Source of the DNA: Solirubrobacteraceae bacterium
GTDB lineage: Bacteria; Actinomycetota; Thermoleophilia; Solirubrobacterales; Solirubrobacteraceae
Direction of reading: 5' to 3'
Assembly: GCA_036510915.1 (NCBI GenBank)
Contig: DATCDC010000027.1
Location: 457 to 64,456, forward strand
DNA length: 64,000 nt
Of this stretch, positions 55,254 to 64,000 are shown in pieces. The notes under the pieces are model-generated. The model was not told where the DNA came from. It was given only the letters and a program-made list of their open reading frames with translations, and did not search any database. The number at the start of each line of letters is the position of its first letter. Positions within the stretch are counted from its first letter, which is position 1. Both the position numbers and the translations under genes were made by a program.

Positions 55254-55286
55254 AGCGTACGGCCTGGCGCGCGCGGCCCGCGCGCG

Positions 55287-56126
55287 CTACAGCGCGGCGC
55301 GCTCGGGCATCGCGACCGGCGCCGCGGCTGCGCCGACGTCGGCCGGGAGGCTGTCGGGCACGACGATCGCGCCCTCGGCCGGCTCGGCCGCGAAGCGGTA
55401 GCCGACGCCGAAGTGCGTGTGGATGTAGCGCCACTGCGGCGAGGCCTTCTCGAGCTTCTGGCGCAGCTTTCGCACGAAGACGTCGACCGAGCGGTCGCCG
55501 CGCGCCATCGCGTAGCCCCAGACGCGCTGGTAGATCTCCTCGCGCTCGAGGACGCGGCCCTCGGCGCCGGACAGGAGCTCGATCAGCTCGAACTCGCGGC
55601 GCGTCAGGTCGACCGAGCGGCCCGCGACGAACGCCTGGAAGCGGTCGGCACGGATCTCGAGCTCGCCCGCCTCGAACGGGGCGGCCTCGGCGCGCGACTC
55701 CGTGCGCTTGCGGCGGCGGATCACGGCCTCGACCCGCGCGATCAGCTCCTCCGGGTGGCAGGGCTTCGCCAGCCAGTCGTCGGCGCCGAGCCGCAGGCCG
55801 CGGACGCGCTGGGCGACCGACGAGCGGCCGCAGACGACGATGCCCATCCCGGGCATCCCGGACGCCAGGCGCTCGAGGTACTCCCAGGCCTGGGGGCCGA
55901 GGACGTTGAGGTCGACAATCAGCGCGCTCACGCGCATCGCGACGAGGTCTTCGACCGGGACGGGGCTGGCGAGCGTGCGATGCTCCCAGCCGAGCCGGTC
56001 GAGGCGCTTGGTCAGCACCTGGAGGAAGCCGGAGTCGGTGTCGATGATGGCGACGCGCGGCGGCGCGCCTGCGGCCGGTGCCCCCGGACGGTCCGTGTCG
56101 GGGCGGGCGCTGGACGATGAGTTCAT
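55287..56126 (-). CDS. OmpR/PhoB-family response regulator
   Basis: Receiver (IIDTDS...LIVDLN...LAKP) plus wHTH (REFELIELL...VDVFVRKLRQKL...IHTHFGVGYRF). ATG 56126. Confidence 0.85.
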   Translation of the reverse strand: MNSSSSARPDTDRPGAPAAGAPPRVAIIDTDSGFLQVLTKRLDRLGWEHRTLASPVPVEDLVAMRVSALIVDLNVLGPQAWEYLERLASGMPGMGIVVCGRSSVAQRVRGLRLGADDWLAKPCHPEELIARVEAVIRRRKRTESRAEAAPFEAGELEIRADRFQAFVAGRSVDLTRREFELIELLSGAEGRVLEREEIYQRVWGYAMARGDRSVDVFVRKLRQKLEKASPQWRYIHTHFGVGYRFAAEPAEGAIVVPDSLPADVGAAAAPVAMPERAAL

Positions 56127-56220
56127 GACGCCGCGGAGTCTAGGGGTCTTCGGCATCCCGGGCGCAGTATCCGCGAGCGGTTCACCGGATCTTCACAGCG
56201 GGCCGGGGCACCTGCCGGGC

Positions 56221-56901
56221 TCAGAGCGGCGGAGCGTCGATCGGAAACTCGCGGAACAGCCCGGTCTTGACGAAGATGACCTGCTCCCCGACGCCGACCG
56301 CGTTGTCGCCGACACGCTCGAGCGCGCGCGCGACCATCGTCATCATCATGGCCCACTCGCGCTTGTCCTCCGAGTCGCCGGCCATGACCGCCATGCGGAA
56401 GACCTCCTTGTTGAGGCGGTTGACCTCGCGATCCTGGCGCGAGAGATCCGCGGCGAGGTCGACGTCCCGGTCCTGGAAGGCGAGCTTGGCCTCGACGACC
56501 TGGGCGCGCGCGGCGACGCCCATGCGCAGGACGCGCTCCTGCAGTTCCGGCACGACCGGCGGCTCGTTCCCGACCAGCGGGATGAGCTTGGCGATGTTCA
56601 CGCACTGGTCGCCCATGCGCTCGGCGTGCTTGATCACGTGCAGCAGCGCGGCGACCAGCCGCAGGTCCGTCGCGACGGGCGCCTGCAGGGCCAGCAGCGA
56701 GAGGATGCCCTGATGGACCTCCAGGTAGCGCCCGTCGATGCGGTCGTCGTCGGCGATCACGAAGGTCGCGAGCTCGACGTCCTGCTGCTCGAGCGCTTCG
56801 AGCGCGCGATCGAGCTGCTCGACGACGAGGTCGAGCGCGCCCAGCGCGCCGACCTCGAGTTCGGCCAGGCGTTCGTGGAATTCGTGGCGCAGCTCGGCCA
56901 T
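56221..56901 (-). CDS. phoU: phosphate signaling complex protein PhoU
   Basis: Two PhoU repeats (DDRIDGRYLEV... and SRQDREVNRLNKEV...). GGAGGG Shine-Dalgarno sequence. ATG 56901. Confidence 0.92.
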   Translation of the reverse strand: MAELRHEFHERLAELEVGALGALDLVVEQLDRALEALEQQDVELATFVIADDDRIDGRYLEVHQGILSLLALQAPVATDLRLVAALLHVIKHAERMGDQCVNIAKLIPLVGNEPPVVPELQERVLRMGVAARAQVVEAKLAFQDRDVDLAADLSRQDREVNRLNKEVFRMAVMAGDSEDKREWAMMMTMVARALERVGDNAVGVGEQVIFVKTGLFREFPIDAPPL

Positions 56902-56915
56902 CGAGGTGGTCCCTC

Positions 56916-57827
56916 CTACCCGAACTTCCCGGTGACGTACTCCTCGGTGCGAGGGTCGTCGGGGTTCGTGAAGATCTTCTCGGTGTCCGCGTGCTCGACG
57001 AGCTCGCCCATCAGCATGAATGCGGTGGTGTCGGAGACGCGCGCCGCCTGCTGCATGTTGTGCGTGACGATGACGATCGTGTAGCGCTGCTTGAGCTCGT
57101 GGATCAGCTCCTCGATCTTCAGCGTCGCGATCGGGTCGAGCGCCGAGCACGGCTCGTCCATCAGCAGCACCTCCGGCTCGTTGGCGATCGCCCGCGCGAT
57201 GCACAGGCGCTGCTGCTGGCCACCCGACAGTCCGATGCCCGGCGTCTCGAGCCGGTCCTTGACCTCGTCCCAGAGCCCGGCTCCACGCAGCGAGGCCTCC
57301 ACGAGCTCCCCCACGTCGTCCGAGCGCTTGCTCGTGAGCCGCAGGCCGGCGGCGACGTTGTCGTGGATCGACATCGTCGGGAACGGGTTGGGCTTCTGGA
57401 AGACCATGCCGATCGCGCGACGCACCGCGGTCACGTCGACGCCGGCGTCGTAGAGGTCGTTGTCGTCGAGCAGGACCCTGCCCTCGCAGCGCGCTCCGGG
57501 GATCTCCTCGTGCATGCGGTTGATGCAGCGCACGAGCGTCGACTTGCCGCAGCCGGAGGGGCCGATCATCGCGGTGACGCGATTGGCGGCGTACTCGAGG
57601 TTGACACCCTTCACCGCGCGCGCGTCGCCGTAGTAGGCGTCGACGTTCTCGAGCGTGATCGTATGCCCGGTCTGCTCGGGCTGGTCGCGCTCGGCGGTCG
57701 CGTTCTCGGCGGTCAGCCTGGCAAGCGACCCGCCACCGAGGTCGGGACCGGCCTGCGGTTCCGGTTCAGTGCTCACGGATGACTCCTTGACGGGGCTGTC
57801 CGGGTGGATTCTGACATCTTCGGTCAT
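56916..57827 (-). CDS. pstB: phosphate ABC transporter ATP-binding protein PstB
   Basis: [23 protein letters not shown] and LLMDEP motifs, with an N-terminal extension of about 45 aa. Confidence 0.95.
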   Translation of the reverse strand: MTEDVRIHPDSPVKESSVSTEPEPQAGPDLGGGSLARLTAENATAERDQPEQTGHTITLENVDAYYGDARAVKGVNLEYAANRVTAMIGPSGCGKSTLVRCINRMHEEIPGARCEGRVLLDDNDLYDAGVDVTAVRRAIGMVFQKPNPFPTMSIHDNVAAGLRLTSKRSDDVGELVEASLRGAGLWDEVKDRLETPGIGLSGGQQQRLCIARAIANEPEVLLMDEPCSALDPIATLKIEELIHELKQRYTIVIVTHNMQQAARVSDTTAFMLMGELVEHADTEKIFTNPDDPRTEEYVTGKFG

Positions 57828-58708
57828 GAGAGCCTGCTCCTTCGGGAGTAGAGCCGGGCGACGATGTTCAGGATGAGGATCATCGTGACGAGCGTCAACG
57901 CCGCGCCCCAGGCGCGCGTCACGAGCCGGTCCTGCGCCTGGCCGACGTCGGCGAAGATCTGCGCGGGGAGCGAGTTCATCCGGGCGTTGAGGTTGTAGGT
58001 CGTCCCCTGCACGATCGCCGCGGTGAACAGCAGCGGCGCCGTCTCCCCCGCTCCACGCGCGATCGCGAGCAGCGAGCCCGTGATCAGACCCGGCTTGGCC
58101 GTCGGCAGCACGACGCGCCAGACGACCTTCCAGCGCGGCGCGCCCAGCGCGAGCGCCGCCTCGCGCAGGTCGTCGGGTACGAGCAGCAACACGACCTCGG
58201 CCGAGCGCGTGACCACCGGCAGCATCAGCAGCGCAACGGCGAGGGCGCCCTTCCAGCCGGCGAACCCGGACCCTCCGACCTTGCTCACGACGAGCGCCGC
58301 GTACACGAACAGGCCGAAGACGATCGACGGGACGCCGGTGAGCACGTCGACGAAGTAGCGCACGACGGAGGCGAAGCGGCCGGCCTTGCCGTACTCGACG
58401 AGGTACAGGGCGACGCCGATCCCGATCGGGATCGAGAAGGCCGACGCGACCGCGATGATCTCGAGCGTCCCCAGGATCGCGCTCTTGATGCCGCCGGGAT
58501 CGCCCAGGAAGCTGCCCGTCGGGTCGGTCGTGAAGAACTTCCAGCTCAGCGCCTTGAGCCCCGAGCCGAGCAGCTTGACGATCACGAGCACGAGCGGGAC
58601 CAGCGCGACGAGCGTCAGGACGAGCAGGACGACGCGCATGACCCGGTCGGTCTGACGCCGCCGGCCGCCGGTGGGCTCGAGCGCGACCGATGAGGGCGTC
58701 GTGCTCAT
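57824..58708 (-). CDS. pstA: phosphate ABC transporter permease PstA
   Basis: [11 protein letters not shown] permease signature. 4-nt overlaps with pstC and pstB. Confidence 0.92.
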   Translation of the reverse strand: MSTTPSSVALEPTGGRRRQTDRVMRVVLLVLTLVALVPLVLVIVKLLGSGLKALSWKFFTTDPTGSFLGDPGGIKSAILGTLEIIAVASAFSIPIGIGVALYLVEYGKAGRFASVVRYFVDVLTGVPSIVFGLFVYAALVVSKVGGSGFAGWKGALAVALLMLPVVTRSAEVVLLLVPDDLREAALALGAPRWKVVWRVVLPTAKPGLITGSLLAIARGAGETAPLLFTAAIVQGTTYNLNARMNSLPAQIFADVGQAQDRLVTRAWGAALTLVTMILILNIVARLYSRRSRLS

Positions 58709-59748
58709 TTGGTGAGCCCCGTGCCCATCAGCGGCGCCGCCGTCGGCATGCCGATCTCCGCCTCGGTCGGTGAGATGTTGCGCAGCCGGTCGCCGCGCAT
58801 CACGATGTACCGCGCGATGCCGTTGATCAACAGCGTCAGCACGAACAGGACCAGGCCGGCGGCGATCAGCGCCGCGGAGTGGAGCTTGTTGTTGGCGGCC
58901 TCGCCGAACTCGTTGGCGATCACCGCGGCGAGCGTGTACCCCTGGTCGAAGAGCTGCTTGCCGATCTTCGGCGAGTTGCCGATCACCAGCGTCACCGCGA
59001 TCGTCTCGCCGACGGCGCGCCCGAGGCCGAGCATCGTCGCGCCGACGATTCCGGCGCGCGAGTAGGGCAGCACCGCCATCCGGATCATCTCCCAGCGCGT
59101 CGCGCCGAGCGCGAGCGAGCCCTCCTTGATCTCGGCCGGGACCGTCGAGATGACCTCGCGGCTGATGGCGCTCACGATCGGCAGGATCATGATCGCGAGG
59201 ATCAGGCCGGCGATGAAGTAGTTGGGGCCCGCGACCGGCCCGCCGACGAACGGCAGGAAGCTGAAGGTGTCCGCGAACCACTGCGACGGCGCGCGGAGCT
59301 TGGGAATCAGGAAGAAGACGCCCCACAGGCCGTAGACCACCGACGGCACGGCGGCCAGCAGCTCGAGCAGCATCGTGAGCGGCGCGCGCAACCTGACCGG
59401 GCACAGCTCGCTGACGTACAGCGCCGTCGCGATGGCGATCGGAACGCCGATCACCAGCGCGACGGTGGAGGTGATGATCGTCCCCGCCAGGAGCGGCCAC
59501 GCGCCGAAGACGTTGCGCGAGACGTCCCAGTCGTTGCCGAACGTGAAGCCGAAGACCCCGAACTTCGAGATCGCCGGCGTCGCCTTGTTGATGAGGAAGA
59601 CGAAGAAGAAGACGATCAGCGCGAGGATCAGCGCCGCGAGGATCGTCAGGAGCCAGCGGAAGGCGGGGTCGGCCAGGCGCCCGCGCGACGTGCCCCGGAG
59701 CCCGAGGGCCCCGGAGTCGCCGCGCGGTGCGAGGGCGCCGGCCTCCAT
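58705..59748 (-). CDS. pstC: phosphate ABC transporter permease PstC
   Basis: [12 protein letters not shown] permease signature, six or more TM segments. Confidence 0.92.
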   Translation of the reverse strand: MEAGALAPRGDSGALGLRGTSRGRLADPAFRWLLTILAALILALIVFFFVFLINKATPAISKFGVFGFTFGNDWDVSRNVFGAWPLLAGTIITSTVALVIGVPIAIATALYVSELCPVRLRAPLTMLLELLAAVPSVVYGLWGVFFLIPKLRAPSQWFADTFSFLPFVGGPVAGPNYFIAGLILAIMILPIVSAISREVISTVPAEIKEGSLALGATRWEMIRMAVLPYSRAGIVGATMLGLGRAVGETIAVTLVIGNSPKIGKQLFDQGYTLAAVIANEFGEAANNKLHSAALIAAGLVLFVLTLLINGIARYIVMRGDRLRNISPTEAEIGMPTAAPLMGTGLTK

Positions 59749-59752
59749 GCGG

Positions 59753-60841
59753 CTAGGAGATCGCCGTGCCGTTGCAGGTCAGCTTGGCCGCAGCGGCCTT
59801 CGCCGGCGTGAGCACCGACGACGGGAGCGCCGCGTAGGAGAGCTGCTTGAGCACGGGCTGCCCGTCGCCGAGGCCGTAGTCGACGAACGCCTTCATCGCC
59901 TTCGCGTTCGAGGACGTCATGCCGCCGTCCTTGCACAGGTCCGTGTACATGACGACGAACGTCTGGGAGGTGATGGGGTAGGCCTGCGGGTTCGGGGAGT
60001 TGATCGCCACGATCCCGAGGTCCGGCGGCACGGTGATGCCGTCGGCCGCGGCCGACGTCGAGTCGAGCGTCGGCGCGATGTAGTTGCCGCTGCTGTTCTT
60101 CACGCTCGCGTAGGTGAAGTTGTTCTGCAGCGCGTAGGCCTGCTCGACATACCCGACCGCGCCGGGCGTCTGCTTGATCGCGGCGGCGACGCCGTCGTTG
60201 CCCTTGGCGCCGGTGCCGGTCGGCCACTTGAGCGTCTTGTCGACGCCGACCTGGCTCTTCCACTGCGGGCTGAAGTCCGCAAGGAACTGGGCGAAGCCCT
60301 TCGTCGTCCCCGAGGAGTCCGAGCGGTGCACGACGGTGATCGCCGTGCTCGGCAGGGTGATGCCCGGGTTGAGCTTGGCGATCGCGGGGTCGTTCCACTT
60401 CGTGATCTTCTTCAGGAAGATGTCGGCGATCGTCGCACCGTCGAGCTTCAGGCCGGCCTTCACGCCCGAGAGGTTGTAGGAGACCGTGATCGCGCCGAGC
60501 GCCATCGGGAGCTGGGTGACCGGGCCCTTCTTCAGGAGCGCCTTGTCGGCGGGCGCGAGCGGCGGGTCGCTGCCGGCGAAGTCGACGGTGCCGGCCTGGA
60601 GCTGCGCGATACCGGCCCCCGAGCCGACGCCCTGGTAGTTGACCGTCACGCCCTGGCCCTTGAGCGTGCTGCCCCACTGCATGTAGATCGGCGCCGAGAA
60701 CGTCGCACCCGCTCCGTTGACCGTCCCGCTGGCACCGGACGAGCCGGAGCCCGTGCTGGTCGTCGAACTGCTCGAACCGCAGGCCGCAAGGGCGAGCGTG
60801 AGGATGGCGGCGATGGCGATCGCCGGGATCGAACGTCTCAT
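59753..60841 (-). CDS. pstS: phosphate ABC transporter substrate-binding lipoprotein PstS
   Basis: Lipobox LALAAC; GAGATF, YQGVGSGAG and SDSSGTT motifs. AGGAG Shine-Dalgarno sequence before ATG 60841. Confidence 0.92.
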   Translation of the reverse strand: MRRSIPAIAIAAILTLALAACGSSSSTTSTGSGSSGASGTVNGAGATFSAPIYMQWGSTLKGQGVTVNYQGVGSGAGIAQLQAGTVDFAGSDPPLAPADKALLKKGPVTQLPMALGAITVSYNLSGVKAGLKLDGATIADIFLKKITKWNDPAIAKLNPGITLPSTAITVVHRSDSSGTTKGFAQFLADFSPQWKSQVGVDKTLKWPTGTGAKGNDGVAAAIKQTPGAVGYVEQAYALQNNFTYASVKNSSGNYIAPTLDSTSAAADGITVPPDLGIVAINSPNPQAYPITSQTFVVMYTDLCKDGGMTSSNAKAMKAFVDYGLGDGQPVLKQLSYAALPSSVLTPAKAAAAKLTCNGTAIS

Positions 60842-60917
60842 TGCATCTCCTGTTTCGGGGTCCATTCCGACCGCGCGCACGCCGAGGGAATCGTGAGAGG
60901 TACTAGCCGGATGCGAG

Positions 60918-61283
60918 CTAGTCTGGGTGAAGTACCTGTGAACGTTCCGGCGCGAACCGGTAGCCGAACCCCACGTGTGTGTGGATGAAACGCCACTGCG
61001 GCAGCGTCCGCTCGAGCTTGACGCGCAGCTTCCGGACGTAGACGTCGACCGTGCGGTCACCGTCGCGCAGGGGCGCACCCCAGACGCGCTCGTAGAGATC
61101 CTCGCGGCGGACGATCCGCCCCTCGCTGCGCGCGAGCTCCGTGAGCAGTCCGAACTCGCGCACGGAGAGCCTGATCGCCCGGCCACCCGCGGTCGCCAGC
61201 CCTTCGGCGGGTCGCACCTCGAGCACGCCGACCCGAAGCACGTCCGGTCCGCCGTCGTGGCGGGTTTCTCCAGCGAGAGTCAT
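60918..61283 (-). CDS. stand-alone OmpR/PhoB-type winged-helix DNA-binding protein (no receiver domain)
   Basis: 121 aa: LSVREFGLLTELA...RTVDVYVRKLRVKLE...IHTHVGFGYRF. A paralog of the C-terminal half of the regulator at 55287-56126. Confidence 0.75.
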   Translation of the reverse strand: MTLAGETRHDGGPDVLRVGVLEVRPAEGLATAGGRAIRLSVREFGLLTELARSEGRIVRREDLYERVWGAPLRDGDRTVDVYVRKLRVKLERTLPQWRFIHTHVGFGYRFAPERSQVLHPD

Positions 61284-61331
61284 CGCTGTCGGACAGCATC
61301 GGGGCTGCGCGGCGTGAGAACGTTACGCGGC

Positions 61332-61359
61332 TGTGAACCCTTTGTGAATCCGTGGTGAT
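61332..61359. promoter_or_regulatory. Pho-box-like direct repeats TGTGAA-N5-TGTGAA-N5-GGTGAT (11-bp phasing)
   Basis: TGTGAA at 61332 and 61343, and a degenerate third unit at 61354, in the divergent region between the wHTH-pst operon and the DUF47 gene. Confidence 0.4.
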
Positions 61360-61401
61360 CCGGTGCCCGGGCATCGGAGCGCCCACTACCGTTCGCCCCG
61401 C

Positions 61402-62049
61402 ATGCCCTTCCCGCGCCGCGCATTCGACCGCCAGCTTCTCGACCTGTTCGAGGAGTCGGGGCGCAACGTGCAGCGCGCCACGCTGCTGCTGCGCGACGTC
61501 ATCACCGACTACCCCGAGCGCGCCGAACTGGCGAACGATCTCGTGATCAGCGAGCACGAGGGTGACCGGATCACCCACGACATCATCCACCGTCTCGGAG
61601 CGGGCAGGGTCCGTGCGCCGTTCGGGTTCGCCGACGGCTACGCGCTGGCGACCGCGCTCGACGACGTCGTCGACTACGCCGAGCAGACGGCCGACACGCT
61701 CGGCGTCTACCAGGTGGAGGCGCCGATGGAGCAGGCGGTCCTGATGTGCGACGTGCTCGTCGGCGCCGGTGAGCAGGTGGCGCTGGCGCTGCGCAGCCTG
61801 CGCTCGGGCGCGGACGTCGGCCCGGCGCTGGTGGAGATCCACCGGCTCGAGAACGAGGGCGACCGCCTCAGCCGCGACGCCGTCGGCTCGCTGTTCCGCG
61901 GCGGGATCGACCCCATGGTCGTCATCCGCTGGAAGGACCTGTTCGGGTCGCTGGAGCACTCCATCGACGCGTGTGAGCACGTCGCGCACCTGCTGGAGGG
62001 CATCGCCATCAAGCGCGGGCGCCGGCGGGACGGCGGCCGCGATCAGTGA
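61402..62049 (+). CDS. DUF47 family (PhoU-like, YkaA-type) protein
   Basis: FDRQLLDLFEESGRNVQRATLLL, HEGDRITHDIIHRL and ENEGDRLSRDAV helices typical of DUF47. ATG 61402. Confidence 0.8.
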   Translation: MPFPRRAFDRQLLDLFEESGRNVQRATLLLRDVITDYPERAELANDLVISEHEGDRITHDIIHRLGAGRVRAPFGFADGYALATALDDVVDYAEQTADTLGVYQVEAPMEQAVLMCDVLVGAGEQVALALRSLRSGADVGPALVEIHRLENEGDRLSRDAVGSLFRGGIDPMVVIRWKDLFGSLEHSIDACEHVAHLLEGIAIKRGRRRDGGRDQ

Positions 62050-62131
62050 TGCACGCGCCCCTGCGGCCGCGGGGGTTCCCGGCGAACCTGCTGCACGCGG
62101 CGGCCGTTTCCGATACAAACGCGTGATCGTG

Positions 62132-64000
62132 ATGCGGAGGAGAACCGCCACGGCCGCATCAGCGGCCGCCCTCGTTGCTGCGGCCGCGCTGGCCGCCAAC
62201 GCCTCCGCGCAGGACGCCGGACAGGCGGCGACGACCACGGACACGACCGCTGCGACGCCGGCCCCCCCGGCGGTGGGGCCCGCGTCGACCACCCCGCAGC
62301 CGGCGACCCCCGCGCCGGGTCCAGCCGCCCCCGGGACGACCGACCTCGGCACGCTCGACGTGCAGGTCACAACGCCGCCGCCCTCCGCGAAGGACACGAA
62401 GAGCGCCGCGCAGAAGCGCCGTGAGGGCGCCGCGAAGTTCCTCGCGCAGGAGCGCAGGGCCCAGCAGCTGCAGGCCAGGCAGCAGCAGGCCGCCGCCGCG
62501 GCCCCGTTCGCCAACCTCCCTTCGCCGCTGAACGCCCCGCCGGTCACCGGCGTGCCGGACGTGCTGATCGACAGCTTCCGCGTGCCGCCGTTCCTGCTGC
62601 CGATCTACCAGGCGGCTGGCGTCGAGTACGGCATCCGCTGGGAGGTCCTGGCGGCGATCAACGAGATCGAGACCGACTACGGGCGCAACCTCAGCGTGAG
62701 CACCGCCGGCGCGCTCGGCTGGATGCAGTTCATGCCGGGGACGTGGGCCACCTACGGCGTCGACGCCAACAACGACGGCCGCAAGGATCCCTACAACCCG
62801 GTCGACGCGATCTTCGCCGCCGCGCGCTACCTCAAGGCCGCCGGCGGAGACACGAACCTGCAGGCCGCGATCTTCTCCTACAACCACGCCCAGTGGTACG
62901 TCGACTCGGTGATGCAGCGCGCCGCCTCGCTGGCCGCGCTGCCCAGCGACCTCGTCGGCGCGCTCACCGGCCTGACGATGGGGCGCTTCCCCGTCGCGGG
63001 CGACAGCTCGTACGCGAACGCCTACGACGCCTCTGCGCCGGCCTCCGCGGTGCAGGCGGGCGGCAACGCCTCGGTGGCGATCGCCCCGACCGCCGGGCGC
63101 CACGCGATCGACGTCTACGCCAGGCCCGGGGCCGCCGCGGTCGCGGTCCAGGATGGCAGCGTCGTCGCCGTCGGCGCGAGCAGGCGCCTCGGCCGCTTCG
63201 TGCAGCTGCGCGACGTGTACGGCAACACCTACACCTACGGCCACCTTGAGTCGGTCAGCGCGCTCCACGTCGTCCCGCGTGCCGACGCCAAGGCCGCGAG
63301 CGCCACGGTCCGCACGCCGCGCCAGGATCCGCGGCCGAGCGCGCCGGCGACCGCGGGAGCCCGCGGGAGCGCGGCGGCGTCGAGCGCCTCACGGCGCACC
63401 GTCCGGTCGGGAGCGGTGCGCCACACCGTGCGCCCGAAGGTCCTCAAGGAGCGCCTGTTCGCCGACCCCGCGCGCGTCAACGCCTACCACGCCGGCGGCC
63501 GGCGCCAGCTCGTCGCCGCCGCGAAGGCCGCCCCGGTCGTCGTGCGCTCCGTGCAGACGAGCGACCTGGGCCGCTACCTGGCGGCGCCGTACGCGCTGCG
63601 CCGCTCGCAGGTCGCGCTGCTGCCCCTGAAGCAGGGCTCGCGCGTGATCGCCGGGTCGATCCTCGGCCGCGTCGGCAGCGCCTCGCTGCAGTGGGACACC
63701 CAGACGGCGGCGAGCGTCGCGGCCGCCAGGCACCTGCACCTCGCGCGCGCGCCGCACCTGCGCTTCGAGATCCGGCCGGCCGGGACGGGCGCGCCGCGCA
63801 TCGACCCGACGCCGATCCTCGACGGCTGGCACCTGCTCGCCTCCACCAACGTCTACGGCTCCCAGAACCCGCTGCTCGCCGGCACCGCCGCGGCGGGCGA
63901 GGGCGCGACGATCGGCCAGATCCTGCTGATGAGCAAGGAGACGCTCGAGCGCCGCGTGCTCGCCGACCCCGCCGTCGCGATCTACGCCTGCGGGCGCCAG
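62132..64000 (+). CDS. secreted lytic transglycosylase + M23 (LytM) peptidase multidomain protein, partial (3' end outside window)
   Basis: My own translation; absent from the ORF track because there is no stop in the window. Signal peptide MRRRTATAASAAALVAAAALAANASA, a Pro/Thr linker, GALGWMQFMPGTWATYGVDANNDGRKDPYNPVDAIFAAARYL (transglycosylase) and HAIDVYARPGAAAVAVQDGSVVAV...GRFVQLRDVYGNTYTYGHL (M23). 623 stop-free codons. Confidence 0.75.
   Translation, partial: MRRRTATAASAAALVAAAALAANASAQDAGQAATTTDTTAATPAPPAVGPASTTPQPATPAPGPAAPGTTDLGTLDVQVTTPPPSAKDTKSAAQKRREGAAKFLAQERRAQQLQARQQQAAAAAPFANLPSPLNAPPVTGVPDVLIDSFRVPPFLLPIYQAAGVEYGIRWEVLAAINEIETDYGRNLSVSTAGALGWMQFMPGTWATYGVDANNDGRKDPYNPVDAIFAAARYLKAAGGDTNLQAAIFSYNHAQWYVDSVMQRAASLAALPSDLVGALTGLTMGRFPVAGDSSYANAYDASAPASAVQAGGNASVAIAPTAGRHAIDVYARPGAAAVAVQDGSVVAVGASRRLGRFVQLRDVYGNTYTYGHLESVSALHVVPRADAKAASATVRTPRQDPRPSAPATAGARGSAAASSASRRTVRSGAVRHTVRPKVLKERLFADPARVNAYHAGGRRQLVAAAKAAPVVVRSVQTSDLGRYLAAPYALRRSQVALLPLKQGSRVIAGSILGRVGSASLQWDTQTAASVAAARHLHLARAPHLRFEIRPAGTGAPRIDPTPILDGWHLLASTNVYGSQNPLLAGTAAAGEGATIGQILLMSKETLERRVLADPAVAIYACGRQ

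Noticed and set aside
62159-63268. 369-aa minus-strand ORF and the 62175..62531 / 62743..63249 plus-strand ORFs.
   Set aside because: They are shadow frames of the transglycosylase-M23 gene (62132 onward), which has clear catalytic-domain motifs.

Overview
High-GC (about 70% or more by eye) chromosomal segment that looks actinobacterial. The SOS box type TCGAAC-N4-GTTCG, the coproporphyrin-type heme operon and the many ATGA/GTGA start-stop overlaps fit this; a Thermoleophilia/Rubrobacteria-like origin is only a guess. About 75 protein genes are supportable, plus rnpB, tRNA-Leu(GAG) and tRNA-Gly(CCC). The content is mainly housekeeping: the SOS module (lexA, imuB-like); System I cytochrome c maturation split into two blocks (ccmE-ccmF-ccmI-like-secG and ccmG-ccmH-ccdA); argS, rlmH, tgt; hemE-hemH-hemY-hemQ; a MarR/dioxygenase/esterase quinone-detox-like module; gap-pgk-tpiA-gpmI; rapZ; uvrC; a molybdopterin oxidoreductase; and pstSCAB-phoU. 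I saw no transposase, integrase, phage gene, rRNA or CRISPR array. Many long ORFs in the track are Arg/Ala/Pro-rich shadow frames typical of high-GC DNA and were discarded. Several real genes were trimmed to internal starts or found by my own translation because they run off the window edges (1..711 minus, 62132..64000 plus). The candidates most worth follow-up are: (1) a Walker A/B ATPase-wHTH gene next to tRNA-Gly, bracketed by two pairs of GTACCG-N6-CGGTAC palindromes; (2) an isolated Tad-type pseudopilin operon ending in a TadG-N::M15 (VanY)::SLT peptidoglycan-hydrolase fusion, with no pilus machinery nearby; (3) a zinc-ribbon ORF translationally coupled to lexA; (4) a Cys-type (C-x3-F) CcmE coexisting with CcmH; (5) a structured element of about 115 nt present twice; (6) mirrored ECF-type promoters that appear to drive leaderless genes; (7) a pst operon flanked by two paralogous OmpR-type wHTH proteins, one without a receiver domain, and no kinase. 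All functional calls come from motif recognition by eye. No database search was run.
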